64,000 bases of DNA from Chrysomallon squamiferum (Eukaryota > Animalia > Mollusca). This document shows, one piece after another, positions 27,101 through 39,631 of the stretch (its first letter is position 1; each line of letters starts with the position of its first letter). The stretch lies in assembly GCA_012295275.1 (NCBI GenBank), contig CM022679.1:24056001-24120000 (forward strand), given 5' to 3'. Made by a program: the position numbers and the translations under genes. The notes beneath the pieces are model-generated. The model was not told the DNA's origin and ran no database searches. It saw nothing but the letters and a program-made list of their open reading frames with translations.

Positions 27101-29646
27101 AGTATTTGAAATTTCTTAATCAGAGTTAACAAGCAGGGAGATTTTCTCCGTTTTTTCCAATGTCTGATTTATTTTTGCTAAATATTTGATATAAGATAGC
27201 TAATCGGAACGTCTCGTTATTTTAGACAATACAGAACAATTAAAGAGTCAAGTAAGTGTGTTTCGATAGTGGGGAACAGAAATGGAATAAAAAAGACCAT
27301 GTGATGATGATGAAAATGATTGATGATGAAAATGATAATGATAATTAAAAACTGCAGCAGCATCATCACCACCAATGCACAACTACTACGACTGCTATTA
27401 CTATTAAAGCTACTACTGTCACTATTAATACTATTATTATATTTACAATTGTAGGTACTGTTAGTATTAATTTTGTACGTACTATTACTACAATTATTAT
27501 TACTGCAACTTTCAACAATTACAAGAACAACATCATGATCATCACTACAACGACAAGACCATTAGCTACAATTCTGCTACTGCTGCTACTATTGCTATTA
27601 CTACTACCACTACTACTACTACCACCACTACTACTACTACTACTACAGCTGTTATTATTATTATTATAACGTCAGAATGAAATTATATGTATCGGTCACT
27701 AAATCTAAATGTAGTTACTGAAAACTTTGGTGTAAATTCAATAGCTAGCACATGCCATTTGCAAGTAAAACAAAATCTTGCCATGTGCCACAACACCGGA
27801 ACTATTCCATTACGTTTGACTGATCACGTGTCGGTGTTTGTCATAACACCAAAATGGCGTAACGCATTCCCCAGAATCAGTGGAAGAACCGGCTAATGTT
27901 TTTTTCTGGAATTTCTTCTAGCGACATCTTCAGAACGATCTTGGAATATGAAAACACTGCATACCATTCCGCCAATACATTACTGCCCGAACAGAAATAG
28001 CTTGCTTTTAAATAATAATTTTCTTCGTTTTTTTTGCAAAGTTGTGTTTGTTTTCAGTGAGATATTTTGGAGGTTAAGAATATGTTGTTCTTTTTTTCTT
28101 TTCTTTTTTTGTTCTTTGTTGCAGCGTAAGAAATATCGAATTTTTACAAGAATTAATATAATATTATGTTGGGTTTTTTTTTTTTCAGTAGTTTAATAAA
28201 AAATTATACTAAATACAAGTATATAATTTAATAAATATAATTAGATAGCTAATATATTAGGAAACATTTTTATTTTTATTGAACAAAGTTATTATTTAAT
28301 TCAGCATCCACTGATATAGATAAACCACAGAGAACTCCTTTCAGTCAGTCTCTTGTTTTTTATTTATTCATTCATTCTTTATTTTAATAATTCAGACTGA
28401 ACATTTTATTCTATTTTTTAATACATTTGTATCATCCTGTATGCACACCACTACACTTCGGTGCGCATTCCCAATTACACAACCATCACTCTGGAAATTT
28501 ACTGCTCACACAATGTTAGCTTTAGCCAGTTCGGTTAGTTAACCATTTGAAACAATCTTCAGTCCAGAAAAATTTCAAACATTACTGTTTTGGATACTTT
28601 GTTCCAGAATACAGTTGTCCTTCCAAGACATTATTAATGCTAATGTTAGCAAGTTAGATCTGGTTAGAAAGAAAAATATAGCTGAATTAATTTTTTTTTT
28701 TTTTTTTTTTTGTATATGAGCAGATAACGAGCAGCGATCCTCGTAACTACAATTCTTAAACTGATAACTTTTCCATTAATTCTTGGCACTGGCTTCTACA
28801 TATTCGTATGCTAGCTGGAATAAATAATGCAGTTTCCTAAAAGGGTACATCACAACCCATGTTATACCCTTATTATCAATGTCGCCATTATCACTATGTT
28901 TATCACTGTTATTTTATATATTTTTTTATTTTTTTATTTATTTGTTTCTGATGTACTGCATGTGTCTGCAGGCGCCATTGATATACCAATCCACTATTCA
29001 CCAGCCCACACTTCCGGTAATATGACATACCAAACCACTCACTCGATATTTATTCTTCCAATCCAAAACGGTTTAATGGTTGAAATTCAATAAGGTTAAA
29101 CAAGACAGAGCTAATGGCGTTAAAGTCGAGTCTGTTTGTAAACTAATCATATGAGTTATGCATCAAAGACCCTGCTTACTTATGCCATAATCCGCTGCTA
29201 ACATAGTAATTTGACGCAGATTGTCTTATGCCGTGCGCATGCGCGGCGACCATCCGAGACCGCAGAAGGACTTAATAATTCATAAACAATATTTTTTCTT
29301 TCACAAAAACTATGATATGCTGCGGTTCCGAACACAGCACGTTCTGACAGCGTTAATCCGGCAGGATTAAAGGGATTATCGACACTGTTGGGTTATTTGT
29401 CGAAAGTCGTGTGAAGTGTGCATTAAACATGATTTCCTTACATAAGTTTATACAATGTGCAATTTTAAAAGATTTAATGTTAACTCTCAACATGATCTTC
29501 TGAATATATATCTTTTTTCTTTTCTTTGTCAAATTTTCGTTGACATAATTCATGTTGACTGTTTTAAATATGAGCTAAAAAAAAAATCTTGTCTGTGAAT
29601 ATTTACGAAAAAGAAAATGTATCCTGGCAATCTGCCAGATATTTCT

Positions 29647-29680
<34 letters not shown>

Positions 29681-31917
29681 ATCTCGTCTTTCAAATTACT
29701 TAGGTTACTAGTAGTATATTTAACAAGAAAATACGTAAATACCTGTAAATAGCTTTTTTTTTCTCAGAATATCAGTCTAAACCCTATACATCCCGCTTGA
29801 TTAGCTAGATATGATAAGTAAGTCTTATCAACAGGGAAACAGCTGGTTACATTGCAAACCTGCTTTAACCTTAATAAAGATAAGCGCGTTGATTACCACG
29901 AACGATTCCACATTAAAGTCTAATGTTAGTCGTCACTTAATGATACTAGTCTCGCTATATCGCTGTTTTACTTGACAATTTTAAAACAAATGGGAAAAGA
30001 AGATTTAAAACAATAGATGTTACTCAGAGCTAATAAATAAGCTCTTGGACTTGGAGAGAAATTTCTTTGTTTGCGTTAAAACTGTGCCCACGTTAGGCAT
30101 GTTCTAACATTTTTGGCTGTATTGATGGGTGTATTTTAATATTTAACCGTTGACCCATATGTTTTAATCCAGGCTAATATATTTAACTGAGTATTAATTT
30201 TAGAGGTTCTCACAGTTTCACAGAGTGTATACAGAACAGAAGTGGATGGAAAACAAAAAAATTGTTACCTGATAATTTGATGTAACTTTCTTCATTTCAC
30301 TGTTTCCAAAACACGAAATGAAAAGTCTTTATTTCTAATAATTATAACGTATATATTGAGTTTTAATTATGTACCTAATCATGATAGTTTGACAAGGATA
30401 AATAAACAAATACATAAGTAAATAATAAATAAATGAAAAAATATTTAAAGAAAAGAAAGAAAACAAAACCAAGAAAGTCAACAAGCTAGAGTTTCGAAAG
30501 AATGCATAGTAATCTTAAAATAACACAAGAACAAAAAAATCAAGATAAGACATACTGTATGTTTTCATAATAGGATCAAGACACAAGAATTGCCGCAAGG
30601 TATTAATTGTCATGTTACAGGTAATTACAGATGATATGATAATTTTTACTTGAGCCCTGCTCTGGCATCAGCAATAAAAATGTCAGAACGGTTAGGACAA
30701 AAATAACGGCATGCTACAGAGCATCGACTGAGACGGTGAAAAGGAATCTTGCGTTATGAATTATTGTCATATCTGTTTTCTCTGTGATACTTGAATTAGT
30801 TTACACGAGTAACTGTTTGTATGTTCGTTTTACCCGTCATTTCAAATCAGAGCGAACACAGAACAGAAAGATAATGAAAAGTAATGTACGTCAGAAACAT
30901 GAGAAAGAAAACGAAAAAGAAAAGAAGACGACGACGAAACAAAAGAAGAAGAAAACAATAACAACGAGGATGATGATGAAGATGACGATAAAGGAAAGGA
31001 AGATGAAAAGAAAAGAGAAAAAAACGCAAGAAAGAAAGAATAGAAATATAATAAAATAGCAGTCATTAACTTGGAGAACAAGATTTTATGAGATATTTCC
31101 TAGTCGTCTATATTACAAATTCCAGTATTTAATCCTATATATGACGTTATGTTTAAGTTACCTTCTTTCAGAATTGTAGATGTCTAGATCTCATCTTGCT
31201 TCCAGTCACTACTTGAGAAGACCTCCATATTGTTTTATTCTCTCTGTCTTCTAGTGCTGATAACTACAGCTCACCTTACCTGGGTAAACCCGATTTCCTT
31301 TACAGGCAAAAACCTAGAGTTACAAAAAGATAAAATATTTTGACTGTTAATACCCAAATATGACAGGTACAGTATATTGTTATCATACGCTAGACGTATC
31401 CAGTGTTTGACACTTCACATATGTTATTCAAATTCTGCTGAGATTATTATGTGAACATATTTATCGGATTTCATAATATAATCGTGAAAGATCTTTCTAT
31501 TGTTTCAAGTAATGAATAAATTTAAATAGCATTTCTAAAAAGCAATGTGTATTAGTTAAACAATGGGTTTATTTATATATTTATTTATTCATTCATTCGT
31601 TTGTTTGTTTGTTTGTTTGTTTGTTTGTTCATTTGGTTGTTTGGTTGTATCTTTGTTTTGTTTGTTTGTTTATTTATTAGTTTGTTGGCTGGTGGGTTTT
31701 TTAAAATTACTTACTTTGTTTTTTCCTCTTTTTTTTCTAAATTCAATTCCATTCTGTTATTTTTATTTTATTGTATTTTTTAAAATCATTTGAAAAAGGA
31801 AACCCAATGTTATCAATTATCTTCTAAATTAACATAAAATAATATGATAAACGCACCTTCCCATAGAGCAGAAAACACATAACATTAGTCTTTGATAAAT
31901 CAGTATTCAGACACAGA

Positions 31918-32134
31918 CAGGAACGGGAAATACATGAATAAACTCACCAAGCAGGACTGATCTTTTGACTGATTATTTCTATAAAAACTGAGCAACAGCT
32001 TGCTTGTCTTTTCAGTCTAAGATAACAGTTTAGAGACATTAGCAGGAACGTGAAATACATGAATAAGCTCTCCCAGGAGGACTGATCGATAACAAAACGA
32101 GCAACAGCTTGCTTCTGTTTTCAAGCTAAGATAA
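31918..32134. repeat. Diverged direct duplication (~108 and ~92 bp)
   Basis: 31918-32025 and 32043-32134 share caggaacg.gaaatacatgaataa, aggactgatc, gagcaacagcttgctt and ctaagataa. Confidence 0.88.
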
Positions 32135-33391
32135 AACAATCACTGACTTCTTCGGTTTCCTTTCTTCTTCTTTCATCTACTTGTTTTGTTGTTTTTTTCT
32201 CTCTCTTTCACCCGGTAAATATTTTACTTTTTGTGTGCGGGAATCCCGTTTGGAGATCGCTCGTCTTGATATTAAAAATATGTTATTAATGTTTGCTTAT
32301 GGCGAGTGTCAGTCAACAGATAAAACAAGAATTCAATCAAAAGTCAGCTAGATGAAAACGTAAGTGGCGAAGGTGTAGTGTTTATTATTTTTTTTAAAGT
32401 CGAGTTAACCTCTGGGCTATAGTCGATGAACTTTTTACGGCGATCGGAAACTTGTCCACTTCAATCCAAAGGTTGGAAATATCCCGCGGCTCGCGGATTT
32501 GTAAAAACTTGAAGAGTGCCCACTCAACCCACGAACATTTCACATAGAACCAGGAAAAATTATCACATGTATGTCAACACTTACAAACAAACCAAAGATA
32601 AACACCCGCCCATGTACTTGTTGTATACAGTGTAGAAATGTAAATGTGTGTTGTATGTGTATTTATGTACAATACGTACGTAATGTGTTTGTACAATACG
32701 TGTGTAATATGTAAATGTATGTATATGAGTTTGTTTGCTGGGGAATTTTTTATGTGTTTATGTATATCGTGTATGTATGTATGTGTATGTGTGTGTGTGT
32801 GTGTGTGTGTATTTTCAATATATAAAGGGTTTCAGTGGGTTCAAGTTTACACCTGTTCATCATTTGTCAACGCCAGATAAAATAAAGTTAAATTTATGCA
32901 ATACTTAACAATATGTTCACTGTTCTCAGACAATTCCTCGGTCATCAATCATCATTGTTTATCAAGAACTGTTTCTTTCTTTTACCTTTTAAACAATTCC
33001 GTAACGCCTGTTTCGAACTATTAATATTAAATAAAAAATGCATTATTTGATGATGGAAACAGTTTTAGATAGATATAGATTTCCTCTGTGTGTTTTAGAT
33101 CTGAGTTCGTTCTGATTTTTTTTTTTTTTTTTTATCTTGATTTTATTGGGGGTTTCTTCACTTTTTTTTTTTATTATTATTATTATTTTTTTAACTCTGT
33201 TTTTCTTTTCTTCTCATTTTCTTGTTCTTTATGAAAGATACTAAAAAAAAACACCACCAGTTCGTTTTTTAAATATCTACAACCAAACAACAAATAAACA
33301 AGAAAATAACAACACAAAGTTAAGCAATAAACTAACAAAACAATGTCCCAAATGCATATCGATAATTTAAGTGAATGTGTTGTGCTACAGT

Positions 33392-33496
<105 letters not shown>

Positions 33497-33670
33497 GCTT
33501 GTAGTGTTTATTTTTTATTTTTCGTTTAATTAACTTATCACTAAATATACAGGAAAGTGAAACTTTGAAAGGTCAGGAATTCGTAATTGCTTCTGTCAGA
33601 CAGACTAAGAATATTAATCATTTCGTACTGTAACATGACGACATTAAGTTAAATACATCCGGAACGGGAT

Positions 33671-33846
33671 ACATTTCCATCTGAGATAATCAAACGACAT
33701 TAATTAAATACAAAACAACAACATCAACAACAACAAAACATTTTCCATCTGAGATAATCAAATAATAACAATAATAATAATAATAACAACAACAACAACA
33801 TCTGAGATAATCAAATAATAATAATAATAACAACATCAACAACAAC

Positions 33847-33897
<51 letters not shown>
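33671..33897. repeat. Compound repeat: CATCTGAGATAATCAAA x3 separated by (AAC/AAT)n
   Basis: Identical 17-mer at about 33678, 33746 and 33799. Confidence 0.85.
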
Positions 33898-34804
33898 TTA
33901 AAGGAAACAGAGAGAGAAAAAAAAAAAAAAAAAAAAAAAAAACCGCTACGTCGTTTTAATTGATTTATTTCCTTTGGTTTAGTGTTTCATTAAGTTTACG
34001 TGATTAGAACGTATGTATAAATTACACCATATCGCATAAGCTATATATTTTATTTATAAAAGTTAATTTGTTTTTTCTTTAACTTAACAAGTAACATTAG
34101 GAATTTAAAAAAAAAAAAAAAAAAAAACCATACCATAAGGGCAATGCCTCGGTTGTTTTCGCATGACCTCGGCTGTCTCCGCTCGACCTCGGTTAATTCA
34201 TTTTACATTCTCGCATGACGCTAAGACGAATTATGGTCTGAATTAGTAATAAGTATTTTACTAAATATCTGTCACATAGTGCACTGTATACAATGACAGA
34301 TGACGTCAGACACGACGTAGATGTCTCATTCTCCACCCAATGTTTGTTTATCTAGCCTACAGCCACTGTCACGTTTGTATAACGGATCTGTTAACGCAAA
34401 TTTTCTGTGTCGTTGTTGTGGGTGTTTTGGGTGTATATGTTTATTTATTTTAATATGAAAATATTTTGAGGTCAAGAAAAATTTCTTAATAATTGTAATG
34501 GTTTGAAATCACAATACTGGAGAATTTATATATGTTAATACGAAATCTTAGATGGAATTATAAATCAGGATGAATAATCAACAAAAACGCTGATATAAAA
34601 ATAATAAATAAATAAATAAATAGCAATAATAACTAAAAATATAATTTAAAAGAAAAAGTACAGAAAGAAAGAGATAAATCCTTGATAACATCTTTTGAAA
34701 ATAACAAGTGCAAACAATGGTACACACATTCTGAAAATAGACTTTTCATACATTTCTAATCTGCACACTCAGTTTTACCCATATTCTATTTTTGCACACG
34801 CACA

Positions 34805-34851
<47 letters not shown>

Positions 34852-35355
34852 TTTATTCATGTTTTTTTCCCCTTTTTCCTAGGAGAATCGGAGAATTTCA
34901 CTGTCATTAGGTAAACAAAACACGCAACGGTGCCTAACAAACTGGAACTGGTCTTCAGGAATATATCATTTCTCACTTGACTGGAAGTCGACGTTTTCGT
35001 GTCTATTAACAGTAAATGACGTCTTCAAATATTCAAGACAGGATAAGTCCGAGACGTGGACAAAGCCTTTAAGCCGATGTCAGAGAGTAAGATGTGAATC
35101 TATGCATATTTTATCGTGTTGCGTCCTGATTATTTATTGACGCTGGTTTTTGTGCTCGATCGCTCGCTAGGTGGAGCATGTCGATACGGTTCGTGAATTG
35201 AGGACCCTGAAGAATATAATTATTATGTTGTAAAATGAATATATGACACGTTAACCGGGTCATAAGGTTATTTGTGAAGTGAATTTTATTTCTGTGTATG
35301 TGTGTCAGTGCCTTTATAGCTTTGTACATTATAATCATGTTAACATGCGTGTATC

Positions 35356-35412
<57 letters not shown>

Positions 35413-35982
35413 GGTGTGCGTAAATATGTCTGAGTGTACGTTTGTGTGTAGTTTTTAGCTGAAAAGAGTGTGTGAATATAATATTATATTAAAACATATG
35501 ATAAAAAATGCAACACAAATTAATGAATGCATAGGTAAATCAAATAAGTATTATTAAGAATTTAAAGTAAAGTAATATATAAAATATTGTAATAATGAAA
35601 TGAAATAATATAAATTTAAAAATGCAACGAAATTAGATAAATGAAGCAAAAAATTAAATTAAATCAAATTAAATTAAATTAAATTAAATATATAAAATAA
35701 AATGAATAAAATCGAATAAACACGAAGCAATACAGCGTAATAAAATACATTTAGCATAATTCAGTACCAATAATTATAATAAAAATAAATAATTTTTGAT
35801 AGTACAGATATTTATTTATTTTAATTTTAATTAAGTACATTTCAGTACAATAAAAAATATTATTCATTGAAGGACAAAGAAAAAAAAAGAAAGATAAAAA
35901 TTCATCAATGTAAATGATACAAATACAATAATAATAACAGAACAAAATAATTATTTTAATAATATAAATAATAACAATAATA

Positions 35983-36029
<47 letters not shown>

Positions 36030-37001
36030 GGATAAATCAAAAGGTTAATTTGCTATTTTAGATTGTTCTTGGATGATTTTCTTACTTTTTTTATTCATTT
36101 CTTTAATTCAATACATTTTTTTTCTTTTCCGTCTTTCTTTCTTTAAATTTTTGAAATAAAACAGGTAAAGTGAAAAAAGGAAAATGAAAAAACAAAACAA
36201 AAAAGAAAGAAAAATAATCTAAAAATAAAAACGAAATAAGCAATTACTGCCAAAACAAATTATTTTTGCTTTTCCTTCACATTTAAACTACTTGGTATCT
36301 AACAAAAAAACACCAAAAAAAGTATCCAACAAATATATTATTTATTTTTTTTCTGTCGTTTCGTTTAAACTAAATTTCTAAATTTGCAACTTTCCACACT
36401 CAATAATTTACAAGAGGAAGTTATTGACATTAAAGCGTTTCACGCTTCACTGGACGTCACTGTTCTTGACATCCAGATCGAGGCTATCAGTTTCCCGCGC
36501 ATGATGGCCATGTTGATTTTACACACACACAAATTACTTCGATGACAGATTTACATGTGTCAGGTGGCCGCGAAAACAAAAATCAGACGAAAAGGTTCTG
36601 CTGAAAAAATTACATACTTGTTTCTGAATTTTGCTAGTTATATTGAATTCTGTTGAGTAATAGGAACAACATGTATAACAATATTTGTTCAGGGTTGCGT
36701 AGAAATACGTTCGTTACTATAGATGTAAGTTAAAAAACACAAAAAGAGATGGTCTTTTTAGAAAGTTCATTCAGTAAAGTTGCGCCTTTTGTTAATTGTT
36801 GTTTGCTCGTATACCTATGCATATATATATATATCAATGAACATTATTTTAATTCAACGTAATGTTGTAAATAATATAGATAAAAATACAAGAAATATAA
36901 ACATAGAAAGAGAGGGAATGTGTATGAGAGTACTTGTTTCCGTCACAAAGAGAGAACTGAATATGTAGATTACAGCGAAGAAAGGATGGCATATAGTTAT
37001 T

Positions 37002-37094
<93 letters not shown>

Positions 37095-37771
37095 TAAACA
37101 ACACGATTTTGTTTTACAGCGATATTACTTGGCTCTTTTTCAAGATGAAGTTTTTTCTTATTGTCGCTGATTACAGGGTAGCTGATGGATAACAAATATA
37201 TTTCTTTCTTTTGTATTATTTTTATTTCAGTTTTGTGTGTCTCATTTAGCTGAGAAATAAAACGAAACAAAGAGCAACCTTACTCCGCCCACTGTCTAAA
37301 GTTCTGTGTAGCGTCGGGTATACAGTTGCACGTCGAGTCCTTTTTTTCAAAAGATCTTACGCGATGTTCAAGACTACAAATTTAAAAGCTATTACGGTTG
37401 TGTCCTCGTCCAGATTAGCTTAGTGCTAGTTATGTGTCATTTGAAAATTGTCTTGGCCGTGAAATCTGAAGCCACGCTAATCCCTGTTAGAAATTAAACG
37501 AAACTGATACTGTAGTTTATCGTTTGAGCAAGTTCGTTTGCATCCAGCTTACCCAGATTTCTCGACAAACGCGCCATGTGATCTCATAATAGAGATATCC
37601 AGATTACTCAACTTGACTGCTTTATTGTATAACAGAGATGATTGGAAATCCATAATTATGACGTTATTATGTGTATATCTAAAAGTCAAAGTGACATGGT
37701 TATAGCAGACATCTGTATCATTATCAGATGAAATAGCTTCATCATATATTATGTATTTTCTTTATTAATTT

Positions 37772-37822
37772 TTGCTATTTTTGTTTATATATATATGTGG
37801 GAGTGTGTAAACAAAAATAGCA

Positions 37823-37866
<44 letters not shown>

Positions 37867-37921
37867 GAGATGTGGACGATTAATCAACAAAGGTTGATGA
37901 TGAGTAAAAAATTTGCTATTC

Positions 37922-37966
<45 letters not shown>

Positions 37967-38083
37967 AACGCACGCCGACACACATATATATATATATGTG
38001 TGTGTGTGTGTTTATATATATATATACCCTTTCTTGGCAGCATTGGTTTTAATCATGATCAGCCTTTATTAATCAACACATCT
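37772..38083. repeat. Nested inverted repeats (fold-back region)
   Basis: Perfect 16-bp arms at 37772-37787 and 37808-37823. Imperfect ~40-bp arms at 37868-37909 and 38047-38083. Confidence 0.8.
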
Positions 38084-39437
38084 TTTTTATTTTTTTATTT
38101 AACATCATCATCATCATCATCATCATCATATCATTTATTTGTAACGACATTAGACACACACACAAACCCACAAACACAACATAAACATAAAAATTACACT
38201 GTGTCTCCAGTTTATGAGAAATACAAATGAAAGATCAATTGCTGCTAATCGATGAGCTCATGTAGTGATGACAAAGGGTTACGTGTCAAACGTCATCATT
38301 TCTTTGTTTATTTCTGATAATTTAAATTTTACATATCATAACCATAGTCACAACTACAGCTTTATCACCACATGTAAAACTTAAACTTTGTTGTTTTTTT
38401 GTTTTTTTAAAATAATTATTCATTTATTTTTTCCATTTAATTCACTAGCTTCGTAATAAATAATTGTAGCCTGCGGCATGATCGGGTTTTGGACTGGATT
38501 GATGTCATATAAAAAAGTGATAACTGTCGTACTTTTGATATGGTGCTTGATATGCTGCGGTTATTGTTAATAATCGTACTGTGATTATTTTTCATACTGA
38601 CATTAATCAGATGACACGTAACAGAATACAGCCCTAGATAGCCTATGACAGTGGTATCTTAGTGATATCTTAGTGATACTCATTAAATTCTCGTACGGAA
38701 AAGACTACACAGATACTGTAACTTACAAATTATTTACACAGTACAAGTATAATTAATATTTCTGATAATGAAAAGAAGTACATATATCCATTAGTTTTCA
38801 ACCACAATCGATGAAATTGCTCGGTTTCGGTTATTTCTCTTGTAAATTTTATGTCTTACAATGCAGTAGTACTGTATTAAGAACTTGCACAGCTGTATCT
38901 ATATATAGAGTTTAACATCAAAAATAGAAATTAAATAATTTCTGAATTACCTAATGTAAAATGACAACGTGAAGTTTTCTGAAATAGCATAGTCATAACG
39001 GTCCCTCCCCTAAAAACAGTCACAGACCCGTCCCTGCAAAGTTAAGTTTATTAGTGTCATCAGTTGTGACACACTACTGAACTAGAATGTCTGGTCGTGT
39101 GTTACATAAACAGTTTCTACTTGATTAACTCGACAGTCTCCTGACCCCTGAGCGATTGATTCAGCTGTCGTTCGATACTGTGTAAGAGCATGTTAGTAAT
39201 TAAAATAACATCATCTACACATAAACGTGCCACTTTGTAACACGCTCGAGAATTAGGTGAAAAGGAAGCGGAAATACTGCTTTGATTTGATTTTGTTATG
39301 ACATATTCCGATGTGTTCTTTGCGACATTAATGGAGGTTAATAAAAAGAAAGGACGAGGAAGGCAGACAGAAACACACAGAGAAAGAGTTAGAAGGAAAC
39401 AGAAAGACTTTGTACTTCTAAATATGTACATATTAAC

Positions 39438-39631
<194 letters not shown>

